Part shown: piece after piece, positions 38,601 to 51,960 of the stretch
Layout of the letters: every line of letters starts with the position of its first letter
Position numbering within the stretch: the first letter of the stretch is position 1
Assembly: GCA_028534125.1 (NCBI GenBank)
Contig: CM052816.1
Location: 66,652,001 to 66,716,000 of the forward strand
DNA: 64,000 bases
From: Lama glama
Taxonomy: Eukaryota
Direction of reading: 5' to 3'
Made by a program: the position numbers and the translations under genes
The notes under the pieces: generated by a model
Databases searched by the model: none
Told to the model about the DNA's origin: nothing
What the model saw: the letters and a program-made list of their open reading frames with translations, nothing else

Positions 38601-39998
38601 ATTTAATCATTCTGTTACATTGCTTAGTAAATTCGGACTTCTGTCAAAAGAACATAATAGAAAATCTGCAATGATTTCAAAAGAAGTCCTTGCTCTCTGG
38701 ACATGGTTTCATGACGACAGGAAAAGAAAAGCACCCTGCCAGAATTTAGCATTGTTGCTCATTGAAGCAGGAAATCCCAATCTTGTTGATGTGAGTGTGG
38801 AGCTATTGCAAGCTAAATACAACGGCTAGAACTTGGGGCAGGAACTGAGCTTGCCCAGTATAAATTTCTAACTGGTTAAAGCCTGCTTCCTTTTACCACC
38901 TTGTTGAGCTAGTATGCAGTCACTTTCTAGACAAATCATATTACTTATCTCCTGCCAGGGAGAGCCAGCTCTTCCACTGTCTGTAAAAGGAACATCCTTT
39001 AATTTCTGCCCACTCTGACTATCTCAGCAAGACATGTGCTGATGGGGATTTGGGGTGTAACTGTTGGGCACCAAGATTCTGTAACATAAAGAGCATCAAG
39101 CATACATTTATTTCATGTTTAGTGCATTTTTTTCTATGTGTCTTTTAAAAGACTTGGTAACTGAACACATCATCAGTTTCAGCAAGCCAAGGTGGAGATA
39201 TTAGATTATTATTTATGCTTTGAAAGCTCCTTTCTTTCTGACATCCTTTGGTATGTCAGACACATCTTGTCTCATCAACATGTACTATCTCTAGAAGGTG
39301 GAGAGTCCTGAGACCTCCTAATAGGTCATGATAATAAAGCCACAAACAGTATTTCAGGATGATGGACCGACAAAAAGAAGCCCTGGATTCCATTCCCACT
39401 GTCTGCAATAATTCACTCTGTTCCCTTGAGCAAATATATAGAATATAATTATAGTTGTGTTCCACCTTGAAGAAACCTGGTGAACAAAATGGACTGAAGG
39501 TAATCTTGGCTAGCCTGAAAAAAATAGGTGTTGGTGATCCAATTAACATCAATAGACACTTTGTTGAACATCAGGGCACTGGGACGTTAATAAAATTAAC
39601 CAAGAACCAATCTCCATTCTCACCAACCTCAATGTCTAGATAAAGCAAGGGAGTACCTGGGAGAATTTTATAACCTCTATTATAAAAATGTAGATTCAAA
39701 GTGCTTTGGGAAGGTAGCATAGTTGATATTAGACCTTTAAATCCTAACCCCGACACTTACTTGAATGAGTAAATAGTAAATGACCTAACTCAGATGAGCC
39801 TCAAGTATTATCAATCGATGAGCCATAGTAATATCAATCTTTAGGACCATAGTAAAGATAAACTGAAAAGTGAGCTAAGTGAGTGTGAAAAGTGCTCCGG
39901 AAAATGGAAAGCTCTTTATACATGCTAGTTATTGCTATAATCATTGATCCTTAGACTTAGAAGTGAGGGATTCAGGGAGCCTTCAGAGAAGAAGGGAT

Positions 39999-40490
39999 TG
40001 TCGACTGAAAGAAAATGCAAAACCTGAAAGCTTAGTGTTATGTTTTATTGGGTGGACTTTCTGAGGACTCGAGCCTGGGAGGCAGCCTCTCAAATTGCTC
40101 TAAAAGACTGTTCCACCCAGGCAAGGGAGAAGCCAGGATACATAGGAATCTTTTTGCAACAAAGACCAGATAGTTGGAACGTTAAAAGATTACTGTTCAT
40201 TAAAGAAAACCAGATATCTCAAGTTAAGGAATTTAGTGCTTTCCTATGTGTAGGAAGGTAAGAAAGCCAGGCTCATTGAAATCATTCCTTTGATATGCAC
40301 TGAGCTATCTAAGGCCAGTATCCTGTTCCCTCAGGGGCACCACTGGGGGTGGCTGCAGAGGCCAGTCTCCCTGCCTGTCTGCATCCTGAGTTCCCTCTGC
40401 TCACTGTTGGGGGCAGTCCTAGTGGCTGATGACTTGATGGCCATGGCATCTCTTGTTTACCGATATGGCTGACAGTATTTTTTATTCACA
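39999..40490 (-). mobile_element. ERV1-class solo LTR (cetartiodactyl MER41/MER39-like family)
   Basis: TG...CA termini (tgtcgactgaaa...tttattcaca), 4-bp TSD ggat/ggac, minus-strand AATAAA near 40044-40049; body resembles recalled artiodactyl MER41-like LTRs. Confidence 0.75.
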
Positions 40491-42286
40491 GGACACTGGA
40501 AAGGTGGATGTCTTAACATCCCACTGATGATTGTGTGCTGTTTATCTGAAATCCAAATGTAACTGTGTCTTCTATGTTTTATCTGGCAACCCCACTTGGA
40601 ATTTTCTTGGGACCCAGCATTGGGTGAAACTTCCAGCCTGTGTGAGCCTGGCTGGGTGCACTGGGGGTTATTTCCTTCCTATCTTCCTCCTTCACACGTT
40701 CTACCCCCACATCAGGCCAGTTTCTTTTTTCACAGCCGGGATTGCTGACTCATGCTGGGCTTGCGATCACAGGGCCCGTGAGTAGGCTAGAATGTACTCT
40801 GTCACTCACTCAGAGAGAAGAAAGGATTGCAGCAAATGCCCTTGGACAGGAGCCTGCAGAGCCACCCGGGTCACCGAAACTGCTACATTCCCAAGGAATG
40901 ACCATGGCTCTGTGTGAGTTCCATCTGAACTTGGGAAAGTCCCTCCAAAGGAAAATGACACTTTAAACACAGGGTAAACTGGCTGTCAACCTTCTCCAAG
41001 TTATTTATGAGCAAAGTTTCTTACTCCCTGAAGCTTGTGATGTCTTATTTTATATTTATTTTTATTCTCTGAATGAAAGTATCAGCCACGTCAGAGAGTT
41101 GGTGTTCGGGGTGTGATTTTTGTTTTAGTTGTGTTTGATTCTACTCTCCAAACAAAAGCACAGTGTCAGTAACCTTTGGCCTTTTTGGGAAGACAACCAG
41201 AAGCAGTGAAGACGCTGTCTCTCTATACTGGAGTGGAGGGGCTCCTGTCTAGGCAGCCATCTGTGTGAGTGGTCCCAAAGGGACCAGATTTTGGAGATGA
41301 CTATGTTTGGCAAGGACATTGTTTTTATTTGGCTCAACTGTTACAGAGCAATAAAACCCCCACATTTTCCAAAGATGTTTCTATGCAGATAGTATATAAG
41401 TGTGAGCAGATGACCACTGTCCCCATGAAAAGCTGTATTATATTTTTAAAATTTTGGCAGTATTAAGTAAATTCCTGATGGAGCACAATGATGAAAGGCC
41501 CCTACAATTCCACAAAGCCAGCCCTTGAGGGTCCCCCCACCCCCGAGAGGAAATAAAAGTAACTAAAAGTAACTACAGTATGTTCAGCAGCTCTCCCTAA
41601 CAAACAGCGTTCCAAATGGCCTGGCTCTTCCCCACAACAGCACTTCTCCAAGTATTTGCTGCAAATACCATTAGGAAAGTTCAACACAGGGGGACATTAT
41701 CTGGAATAAACTCTTTGACACTGCCACAAAATCACTTCTTTCAAAACCCTGGGAAATTTCAGGAGATACTGTGTATTGAGGGAGTTTTGTCTGCTGGGCT
41801 CTGTAACAGTGTGCTCAGAGTTGAGTGCTTTCGGCCAGGCATCTGTCATGGCTGGAAAAATCATATCTTAAAAGTGATCAGGTATATGCCTCCTCTTTTA
41901 AGAACAGGAGTCTGAGTAATTTATGCTGGTTGTAACCTCGACCCTAAAAACACAGAGTGACTTAGTCCAGAAAGTGGCTCACATCAAAACCTATGAAAGT
42001 CAAGAACATTAATAGCATAGGCCTCTGCAATGTTCATTTTGAAGTCTCTCAGATTTAGGATTTTAGGGGCAGAGCAGGGCGATGACTTGAATCCTGGAAA
42101 TACAGATTTCACCAATCTGCACAACACTATAGTCTTATAAGCAATTATAGACATGAGTTTACATAATTTTGGTGGTAGCCTGGTTTTAAATTGGTTACTC
42201 TAGTGTACTAGATTGAAGTAAAGAGAAGCCATATTTTCTAGACCTCTTTCAGATTGTGTTTGTGCATAAATGAGTGCCCGTGTGTG

Positions 42287-42304
42287 CACACACACACACA
42301 CACA
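42287..42304. repeat. (CA)n microsatellite
   Basis: Visible. Confidence 0.85.
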
Positions 42305-44129
42305 TACCTCTTTTCTAAAAAACAAAGTACTAATCAACAAAGGAAACTTTGAAAATGGAAACAAGTCTCCAGGGTTCTCGTTTGCTCTACCTTTGTTCCC
42401 TTAATACTTCATTAAAAATAGGAACATTTAGGTCTAACAATAATAATGTAGCTTTATTACTGGAAAAAAGTGGGAATCATAATTAATCATACCAAAGAGG
42501 GGTAGCCTCCCTGCCTCAGTAAATACAGGCCTAAGTAGATTTTCAAATGTTCTTTCTCAGGCGATCCTAGAAGATGATCTGTTTTCTGATACCTGCTATA
42601 AAGGGGTTCTCAAGCTTCTGACCTAAAGCTCATTTCTCAGGAAGAAAGAGAGTAAATACAAAAATAATTAAAACATGAGTCTGAGTGGCTGGTATGAGGC
42701 CAACTGACCCATTAATAGGAGGTGTGGTCCATGATATATTTAGCAGCTCAGGAAAATGATTAATTTTAATTTTTAAAAATAGAACTAAAAATGAATATCA
42801 TTATAATAATGGATATATAATGATGAGTCCAGCTCAGATGCTACTTTTCCAATGCAATTCTAAAATATCATTTTTTAACACTTCAGTCTGGAGAAAATAG
42901 GGTCACAAGGTCAAAGTGCTGAGAGCCAGGGCAGTCTATTCAGCAGATCTGGGACGGCTCCTCAGGTTAGGAGTTGGTCAGACCCTATGGGGGCTCAGAG
43001 GAGGGAAGCACTTTATGGCTTGGGAGAAGCAGGAAGGTCTCAGTAAAGGAGGTGATGCGAACCAGACTGTGAAGGATGGACAGACTCTTAGGTGTGATGA
43101 CAGGGGAAAGACCGTTCTGGCTGAAGAAAGACATAAGCAGAGACTTTGAAATATAGCATAGACTTACAGGTTCTTAGAAAACAGAGAATCCTTTTTTTAG
43201 TTGACTTTGAGTACAGAACATAGAGGACATTATAAAACAGTGTGTGTGGGTTGGTTGGTTTGCTTAGGATGATGTTTGAATTTTTTCTTTTTCAATTCTA
43301 TCCTTAAATGCTCTATTGCTAGCCTTAGTGCAAAATAATTAAACCAGGTCTTTGAAAATATTTCAAACATATTAGGAAGACACCTCCCTTGAAATGGGTG
43401 ATTAAAAATACAAAACAAATCAGCATGATATGAGAAAGATTATCCCTCCCCTCCCCCAACCCCCAATCTTTTGTCTGCTGCTTCTGTTTACTTGATTTTC
43501 ACAGAACTTAGGTTGCTGATATGATCTTAACATTTTAAAATAGAACTAAAACTCACAATGTGAGGGTAATTTTTTAAAAGATGACTGACAGGAAATAAAT
43601 GCTGGGACTTTCCACCTTAAATCAGAAGAAGCTGATGCTCCTTCAGAGACTGTTTAAACACTTCGTTCTGTTTTACAAAAATCTTGGACTGGGCATTTAG
43701 CCAAAAATCTTTTTCTCTTTATCTTTTTAATGAGGTACACCTCAATGGAAATTTAGTGTGGATGTTTTAGGCTCATTACCCTTTCTCCTCAGCTGCATCT
43801 ATTGCCTGTATTAGATGCCGGGTAATCTTGACAAATGAGAAACAAAGTGCCTTTTTTTTTTTTTTGATAATTGAGATACGTTTATGTCTCAACAGAGAAG
43901 TCTTTAATAAGCTGGACTCCGAGGGACTTTACCACTCTTCACACAACCCCCACTCAAATCGTGTCTTCAGCTGGAAACCCATGTAGTGGGTGCACTGAGA
44001 CAAGCCATAGTGGCCAGTGTTTCTCCCACAGATAGACTCAAATCAAGTTCCATTTTCTGGCCTAAGGAACAGAGAGGTTGGAGGGAGAAGGACAGAGATG
44101 TTTTCTGGAGGTCCAATAAACTAACCACA

Positions 44130-44520
44130 GCTTGTTATGAGCCTTCTCTGAGCCAGGCTCTGTGCTATGCGTTTTACATAAATTTTATTTAATTTCTCAC
44201 AACAAACCTGCAGGGTAGACATTATCTCCTTTTTTTGGTGGAAAAATGAAAGTATTTGAATTGTTGCCAAATAAATGGTACAGAAAGCACACATTACAGA
44301 AGTTCAGAGGGAAGGGAAAACTCACTGGAATAGGCCTGCCCAGGATGGTTTCATGGTAGAGCTTGAAATACAGGTATCATTTGGACCAGAGAGAGCGAGG
44401 AAGGATGAGTAGGAGATCAGAGGGAATGGTTGGGCTCTCGTGATCAGAGACTTGGTTTCTAAAGGGGAAAAGAAATGGAAGATAAGGCCAGTCAGGCAGT
44501 TTAGGAACATATTAAGAGGA
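44130..44520 (-). mobile_element. MIR followed by L2 fragment
   Basis: ctgagccaggctctgtgctatgcgttttacataaattttatttaatttctcacaacaaacctgc; caggatggtttcatggtagagcttgaaat. Confidence 0.6.
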
Positions 44521-45361
44521 TGACAGGTCACGTTGCTGGGAGCAAAGTCTGAAGCGGGGATTTGGGGCCATGTGTTTTATTATGGGTGCACTGTCAGGAG
44601 GAAGGAACAAGGGCAGGAGGATTCACACAGGGAAGATGCTCATCACAAATGTGGTTTCAGCTAGAGCCTGGTACAGCGTGATGCCGCAGGGAGCTTGGAG
44701 CCTGAATAGCAACATAGGGTTGGTCTCACCTTGAAGCAAAGAGCAACAGCCTTTGGCCCCATGTACCCCTTTGGCTGTGGGCTGCTCAGAGGAGTAGGGA
44801 GCTCATTTCTGGGGCTTCCATTGGTCTGAAAGCAATTCTCTTGCGAAGGGGTACCTGTCAACAGTCCACAGATAGCACTCAGTAGCTGAGGAATAGCACA
44901 GGTTTTATAAAAGGGATTGGGTAGGACCCCAACAATGTTCACTCTAGAGGGATTCAAATGCCATGCTGTGGAGTTTGGAGGCTTCCTCACTGAGCACTAG
45001 TAGACTATTCAAAGAAGCTGAGGAAGGGATTTCTAGGTCACAAACCTATCCTGGGATGAATAATATTGAGTGTTAGGAAGAATAAATGACAAGAATAAGT
45101 GAAGAAAAGGACAAAGACCCTTTCTTAGACAATAATGATAATAATATCTAGTATTTACTGGTCATTTAGTGCTCTATGTGGATTATCTCCATTCCCAAAA
45201 TTTTCTCCCAAATCTTATAGATAGGGAAAATGAGGTTCTGAAATGTTAAGTAACTTGCTCAAGTTCCAAGGCTGGTAAACAGAGGAGTCAGAGCAATCGT
45301 GGCTGCACATGGCTTGCCAGTAGGTAGAACTCAGTAATTGTGTGTGGGGAGGGAGGCCATT

Positions 45362-45503
45362 TGTGCTAGTTTCCTGTAGTCACTATAACCAATCACTATG
45401 AACTTGGTGTCCTAAAACAACAGAAATTTATTCTGATAGTTCTAGAGGCCAGAAATCACCTGAAATCAAGGTGTCAAAAGGTGGCCATTTTTTAGCCTAC
45501 CAC
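45362..45503. mobile_element. MLT1 LTR with internal deletion (both ends retained)
   Basis: tgtgctagtttcctgtag...aaaacaacagaaatttattct...aaatcaaggtgtca joined to ccatttttagcctaccaca. Confidence 0.7.
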
Positions 45504-46724
45504 ATGGTAGAAAAAAAATCAAAGACTTTTGAAGTCATGTGACCAGAATACCATTAATTTAAAAAAATGAAGACAAGCAAGTGATTGGATTAGAGAGAAA
45601 CAGAGAGGTTTGGTTTGGGATGTACTGAGTCTGAAGTGTTGGCTGAACATCCAAGTGAACAAATCCAGAAGGGAGTGAGAAGTCTTTGACTGGTGCTAGG
45701 AGAGCAGCGCATTGGGGCAGGAAGGGACGGGTAAGGCTGAGACTGTCACCATTACCACCCAGAACACTGCCTGAAGCACGAGGGCTGGCCTCTCCTGTCC
45801 GTGCGGTGTGCCTTGCCTGCCTGCTGTTCCTCTGGCGCAAGATAGCACTTACTCAGAGCTATGCTCTGCGTGTTCCTGTGCTTCCTGTGATCTGTTCTCT
45901 CATTTGACTTGCAAAGTCCAAGATATGTAGCACAGACCCATGGCTCCTCTTGCTTTGAGATCCCCATCTAGTTCAGCCTTTCCCCTTTCACTGTGTGCCC
46001 ACCTCTGTCATGTCCAATCCTTTACTTGTCTTTTCTATTCTTCTTTGCATAATGACTATCTAATTATGGGTTTTATTTTCCTTATCTGGTGGCCTTAGTA
46101 GGAAATAGTGCCTATCATTTACACTATAAAGTTCTTCCTGTTTCCTGTATCAAAGCTCCAACGTGGGTTTATCTGCTTGTCACTCTTCATTGTTCTTTCA
46201 GGCCACTGAAAGACAACTATCCCCCCAAACTCTTCCTCTGAGATCTATAAGGACTATTCATAGCTTTATCACTCTTCATTTCCAAAACTCTTTTCTACTG
46301 TGTATGTCTTTCCAGAATCAGCCTCCAACTTCCCACAGAACTTTAATAGAGAAATTCTGCTTGCACATTCTATCCCAATGACACTCCTTTTAAACTTAAC
46401 TGCTTTCCTTCTTTATCCTTTTCAAAGCACGTCCCATCTGTCCTTCTCCACTCTCCATTTATGTCAGTACAGATGCCAGTCTTTTGAAGGCTTTATCTTG
46501 CCTATTAAAAACATCTGATTATACTTAGATCTTTATGCAGCTAGAATATCAAGCTATGAATTACATTCCTCCTATGGTCCACATTCTGTGCTCAACACTA
46601 TGGGATACAAGATGAATCTGACACAGTACTTATGTTTACCAAGGTCACAGTCAAGTAGACAAGGTAAGTACACAAGTAACTCTCAGGTAAGTAGAGTATG
46701 TTGAGTACAAAAAGACAAGATGGC

Positions 46725-46912
46725 TGAGAGAGAGGGATCTCTCTCTTCTTCTTTTTATAAAGTCACTAATTCCATCACAAGGGCCCCAATCTAATGACCT
46801 AATCTAACCCTAATTACCTCCCAAAGGCCTGATCTTCAAATACCATCTCACTGGTGGTTAGGGCTTCAATATATGAATTTGGGGTGGGGAGGGACACAAT
46901 TCAGTCCATGGG
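46725..46912. mobile_element. MLT1A-type LTR part
   Basis: atgacctaatctaaccctaattacctcccaaaggcc...gttagggcttcaatatatgaatttgggg...gacacaattcagtccat. Confidence 0.85.
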
Positions 46913-47182
46913 CACCATGGTACAAAAAAGGAAATAAATTGGAGAGGTAGATTGGGGTTAAACTGTAGAAAGTTTTAAAGCTAAGGCTAAAGAATTTTTA
47001 TTTTACTTGATAAGAAATGTGGAACCATTAAGGATTTTAGAGCAAGGGAGTGCCATTACTCAGCACAGTTAATTCTGTAAGCACTTAGTATGTTGAAGGC
47101 ACTGCCCCTAGTATTAGTAGACACAACTCTATAACATGATTTTAACTTTAATAAACTCAACTTTAGTGGAAATACAAGACAA

Positions 47183-47183
47183 C

Positions 47184-47228
<45 letters not shown>

Positions 47229-47260
47229 CACACACATACATATACACACACACACACATA
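47183..47260. repeat. Compound (TA)n/(CA)n microsatellite
   Basis: Visible. Confidence 0.95.
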
Positions 47261-48239
47261 TAGTTAATACATAAGCATATATTATTAATGATAGAGTTAT
47301 TAATGAAGTATAGTTTTAGTCTAAGGGAGTCAACAGTGACCAATGAAGTAAGGGTGTCTTTATAGAGCTGTGTTTGGGACATTAATGTGGCGGCTGTTGT
47401 TAGGAAGGTTTGGAAGGCTCAAAGAATGGAAGCAGAGAGGTAACTTTGGCTTTTACTAAGCCATAGTCTAGGTAAGAAGTAATCAAGACCTGAAATAGAG
47501 CAGTGGCTCTTGGAAATGGCCATGAAAGACACTGAAGAGGTGCAACTCATATGATTTGGCAAACTGAAGTGAGAGGGGAAAAGCTGAACTATTTTACAAG
47601 ATTATTTTGAGGTTTTTCCTCTGACTGCCTAGTTATAGAATAGTGTCATGAATGGAAATGAGAAGGTTGAAAGCTTGTGTTTAGGTACAAATTGAATTGG
47701 GATTTGAACTTGAGTTTATAGTGACTCAGGCTATCTAGACAGGGGTGTTAAAAGGTAGTACTGGAGCTGAGGATAGTAAGACCAGAGGTACAGAATTGGA
47801 ATGATCAGCTAGAAAGGATCACTTAAGCCTTGGAAGAAGGTGTGATCAGGAAGCAAGAACAGAAGCCAAGGGTAGAGCTTGGGAAACACCCACATTTATT
47901 GACCTGGAAGAGAAGCCAGAAAGAAATTAGGTAAAAGGCAGCCAGAGAGATAAGAGTAGAACCTAGGGAGTGTGTCACAGAGAGGGAAGTTTTTATATGG
48001 AGGGTAATCAAAGGAGAAATGTCGAGATCAAAGTGGTTGAGAACAGAGCTGCGTCTGGTTACTTTGTGCTGATGGGTTACCATCATAATAATAGTTCTGA
48101 CAAGTTTTGATAAAGTTGTATTCTGAGGAGTCTCTAAGTGACAAAAGCTGGAGGGGTAAAATAAGACTATCTTCAACATTTTGATAGCAGGAAGGATTGA
48201 GTGAGAAAAGATTGAAGTTTGATTTATCTGAGAATAATA

Positions 48240-48460
48240 ATAAATAATTAGGTATTTAGGACATAACAGACTTTTTTATAAGTGTGTTATATGAATTTAC
48301 TCTCTTAAGTCTCGTAATTCTATGAAGCAAATTATTTTTGTAACCTCAACATAGACTTATCATACAACTGAGGATCAGAGAAGCAAAGTAACTTGCCCAA
48401 GATAACACAGCTAGTGATTAACTGAAGAGCTGGGACTCAAGTTCCTGTAGCCTGACTCCA
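48240..48460 (-). mobile_element. MIR SINE
   Basis: aactgaggatcagagaagcaaagtaacttgcccaagataacacagctagt...cctgactccaaa. Confidence 0.75.
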
Positions 48461-48899
48461 AAATTCTGGGTCAGGAAAAAGAATTTCGCTCCTGTGCAAA
48501 CTGTCCAGTATGTCTGTAGATTTAGGGAAAGAAAGAGAGAGTAAAGGGTTGCAAACAGCAAAACAGAAAGGATGATTCCAGAGATGGTAAGCCATTTCCA
48601 CGCTGTCTTCATTAACACAGACTCCAGACTCCCCTGTTCCTCTGACCCTCTCCATCTCTGCCGTGCCATTTTCCAGTTGATTACCACTTCAACTTTCTGG
48701 TTTTTCAATTCCCATTTTCTGTTTCATTGAGAAATACACAAAATATGCAGACTCCACCCACTGCATGTTTAGTAATTAGCTATTTCCCCTCTATTTCCTA
48801 GAAATCTTTCTTGTCATCTCTTGTGGGTTGCCTCACTGATTCCCCGCAATAGCCACTGAAAAACTATATTTCAAACAGCAACAAAGTCACACTCTCTAT

Positions 48900-49330
48900 C
48901 TCATCTAATAAATACCACATACTGTTATCAGGTCAACTTTTGTAAAGAATAAAATCAGCACTCTCTCTGGAAACCTGAAATGTTTCCCCATTGCCTATAA
49001 GATTTCTGTTCAAATTCCTCAGCATGTGACTCAAAGCCCTCTGAAGTTTGATCTAAATTTTTTGACTCCTTCTATTTATTTCTCCCCTACATTCAAAACC
49101 ATCCAGGATACTCATTATTTCTGGAAGTGGCTGTTATTTTCTTCTTTGGGTCTTTGATCTTGCCATTCCCTTAGTCTTAGAAGCCCAGTCTGTCACTTTC
49201 ATTCATTGAAATGCTAACTACCCTTCCATTCCAAAGTCACATGTAACCTCTCTGAGAAGCTTGATGGTTCCAATAAGGAAACTACCACTTTCTTTTCTGA
49301 ACTCAAAATATAACAGGCAAAACACAGATC
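48900..49330 (+). mobile_element. L2 fragment
   Basis: tttccccattgcctataag...caaattcctcagcatgtgactcaaagccct...cacatgtaacctctctgagaagctt. Confidence 0.6.
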
Positions 49331-50624
49331 TTCTTGCCATAGAACTCCCATACTTTCACCTTTATACTTACTTGGAATAAGGGCCACAGAGAAAGTGACA
49401 AGGGGTAACTTATCCAAATGCCCTGATCATTTACATACTCCAAAGTATTTTGAGGTCTATGGTAGGCCTAACTTATTTTTCAACTTCCAGTAGAACTGAC
49501 CACAGTGACTTGTCCTTAGCCTACTCAATAACGACTTACTGAATGAATGAAAGAGGCTTTTAGATGCAGAGTCATGATGATGAAAATAACACAATTAATA
49601 CAGATTTTTGATGTTGATTCTATTTTGGAGTGCAGAGAATTCCCCCCTCCAACCACCCAAATTGTATTAATGTGACATTTTCTACTGTAATAAATGGTAG
49701 GATTTTCTATGAATTCTGCCAGTTGCTTATAGGTAACTACTACCAAGCAATGTCAGCATTTATATGATAAAGACATAAGTCATTTGACTTATGATTCTAA
49801 TTAGAAGAAAAACACTAGAGAAAATTTTAACCCTAAACTCATAAAAGGACATAATGTCCTTTAATGACAAAGTTTATAAGTTTTATAAATTCAGAAATAG
49901 TCATTTTTGACTTATAATTTTATGAACTGTAGCACATTGAAAATGTATCTGAATAAAAATATAATAGTTTCAATTTAATTTTTATCTGCCAAGGCCTTTT
50001 ATTTCCAAAAGCAGATAATGTTGGTGCCTTAAACAAATTAAATTGGACTTTGCTAATTTCATTCTTCAAATGTGTGCCAAATGATCTGATTTTGAGTCAA
50101 AATTATTATGTAATTACATTTACTGTTCAAAGTGCATATGGGTGAGTTATATAAATTCCATGATGGTTAATTGGTTTGCATTAAATTATTTTTTCCATGG
50201 TCTATTTAGAAGAAATGAATCCAAATCACTAAACCAATTACAATTAAACATTGACTAACTGGAACCTAAAATTGGATAATGTTTGCTGCAATCAGCTTTT
50301 ATGAGAAAGAAGCAAATACCAAGACCATAGTTTGGAAATAATTTATCCTCCCTGGCCATGCAAATTCCATGATGTTGTCTTGGGTCCTCTACCAGTTAAT
50401 TCTTTATTGCTGTAGTACTTTCATCTTCAATTTTGTTTTCGCAATAACAAATATTTACTGAAGGCACTATAGGCCATGTACTATAAATCCATGTTGAAAA
50501 ATTAGTCTTTGTAATGAACATTCTCAAATACTTCAAGGACCTCAAATGAACATTAAACTATATTCAGTGTACTGTGCTTATAAAGGCAAGAATATGGATG
50601 GTGGCATCTATTAGAATTCACTAC

Positions 50625-51005
50625 TGAGATTCCTGTTGCATGAAATGTAATTGACTACCGGTCCCAGTTGCTGCCCCTCTGGATCCACCATGCTTCCCAC
50701 AAGATGTTTCTAGCTAATGACTGAGCATGGCCAGAGCACCAGTGCAAGACCATTCCTGTGTGAACTTAGGACTCTGATAGGCATCTTTGGCTCAGGTTTC
50801 CCTATGGGTCTCTCTGTAGAAAGATGCTCCTGCAATGTATTTTTCCCTCCTTCTCTTTCTCTTGTCCAGCTCAGACTTTCATTGCAGTTTGAGGGTTCTC
50901 CCGCCTTCTCTGGTTCCTCCCTTTTATCCTCCACAAACTTTTCCATAAATCTCTCGTACATCTCTACTAACTTGGCATCCACATCACTGGAAACTTGAAG
51001 TAACA
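50625..51005 (+). mobile_element. ERVL LTR (LTR16-like)
   Basis: ctagctaatgactgagcatgg...agaccattcctgtgtgaacttaggactctgataggcatctttggctcagg...ccataaatctctcgtacatct...cttggcatc. Confidence 0.7.
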
Positions 51006-51024
51006 TGTGCTGAGGCTCTCAAAA

Positions 51025-51145
51025 CCTTGCTACTTAAAGTGCAACCGGACTTTGACTTCCCCTGAGACCTACTGAATTAGAATCTGCATTTTAGTGAGAT
51101 ACTAGGTAATTCCTATGCACAGTCAAGTTTGAGCAGCACTGCTGT
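51025..51145. mobile_element. MER5A-like hAT MITE fragment
   Basis: gacctactgaattagaatctgcattttagtgagatactaggtaattcctatgcacagtcaagtttgagcagcactg. Confidence 0.8.
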
Positions 51146-51479
51146 AAAATTATGGGCCAATCTAAACAAGTTGACCCTGTAAATGGATTTCCTTATCTTC
51201 ATAACACCAACATTTCATAGGACTACATATACCCAGAACATGTATATCATCTGCTTAACTGATATTTGTTATAGTGAATTTGAATAATGGCAGAAAGACC
51301 ACACCCTCAGTCCTATAAGCCCTGAGATATGCAGCTTCGCTCTGTGGATTTGCTCTTGGTATTATTTGCAGACTCACCAGCTAGATGATGATCTCCTCCA
51401 GCTCATCCTGCTGGATGTTACTTCTGTTCGCCAGTATGATACATCTGAGATTTCTCTATTTGCCATACATTCAGAATCA

Positions 51480-51960
51480 ACTGTGGTAAAGATTATTGGT
51501 TGCCCATGTCAGCACCTACTTCCCTTTCTCCTTAAAAACAAAATTCAAATTTTGTTTCTCACACTGCCATCAACTAAAACACACATACACAAACAAGTAA
51601 ACTAACAAAAACCATATTGTGCAATTGTCCTGACTGCTGGTGTAGGAGGTAAGTGGATGTGTTGCACAGGGTTTCTAGCATTCTGAAGCATTCTGAAAAG
51701 GGAGGGCAAGCCCTATTCCTCTCCCTTCTTCCTGTTACCTGGAACACAGATATGACAGCCAAATTTCCAAAAGCCATCTTGGACTATGAGGCAATGCATC
51801 AAAAAGCAGCAAAACAGGAGGAAATTGAATTCCTCATGACCTTGGAACTGGCAATTCAGTTCCTTGGGAATTCTTTAATCTGAGATGAAAAGAAATTTCT
51901 ATTGTTAAGCCACTATTATCTTGTTTTTTTCTGTAACATGCAGCTAATCCTAACATAAAT
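51480..51960. mobile_element. MLT1-type LTR relic
   Basis: agccatcttggactatgagg...ttgttaagcccactattatcttgtttttttctgtaacatgcagctaatcctaac. Confidence 0.6.

Larger units (their letters stand above)
46570..48200 (-). mobile_element. Fragmented L2, interrupted by an MLT1A LTR part and a microsatellite
   Basis: ggaaccattaaggattttagagcaagggagtg; atagtctaggtaagaagtaatcaagacctgaa; ggtagagcttgggaaacacccacattt. Confidence 0.7.

Noticed and set aside
41745..43990. Isolated NF-kB-like sites (gggaaatttc at 41751, gggactttac near 43923)
   Set aside because: Short motifs expected by chance in 64 kb; no clustering or independent support
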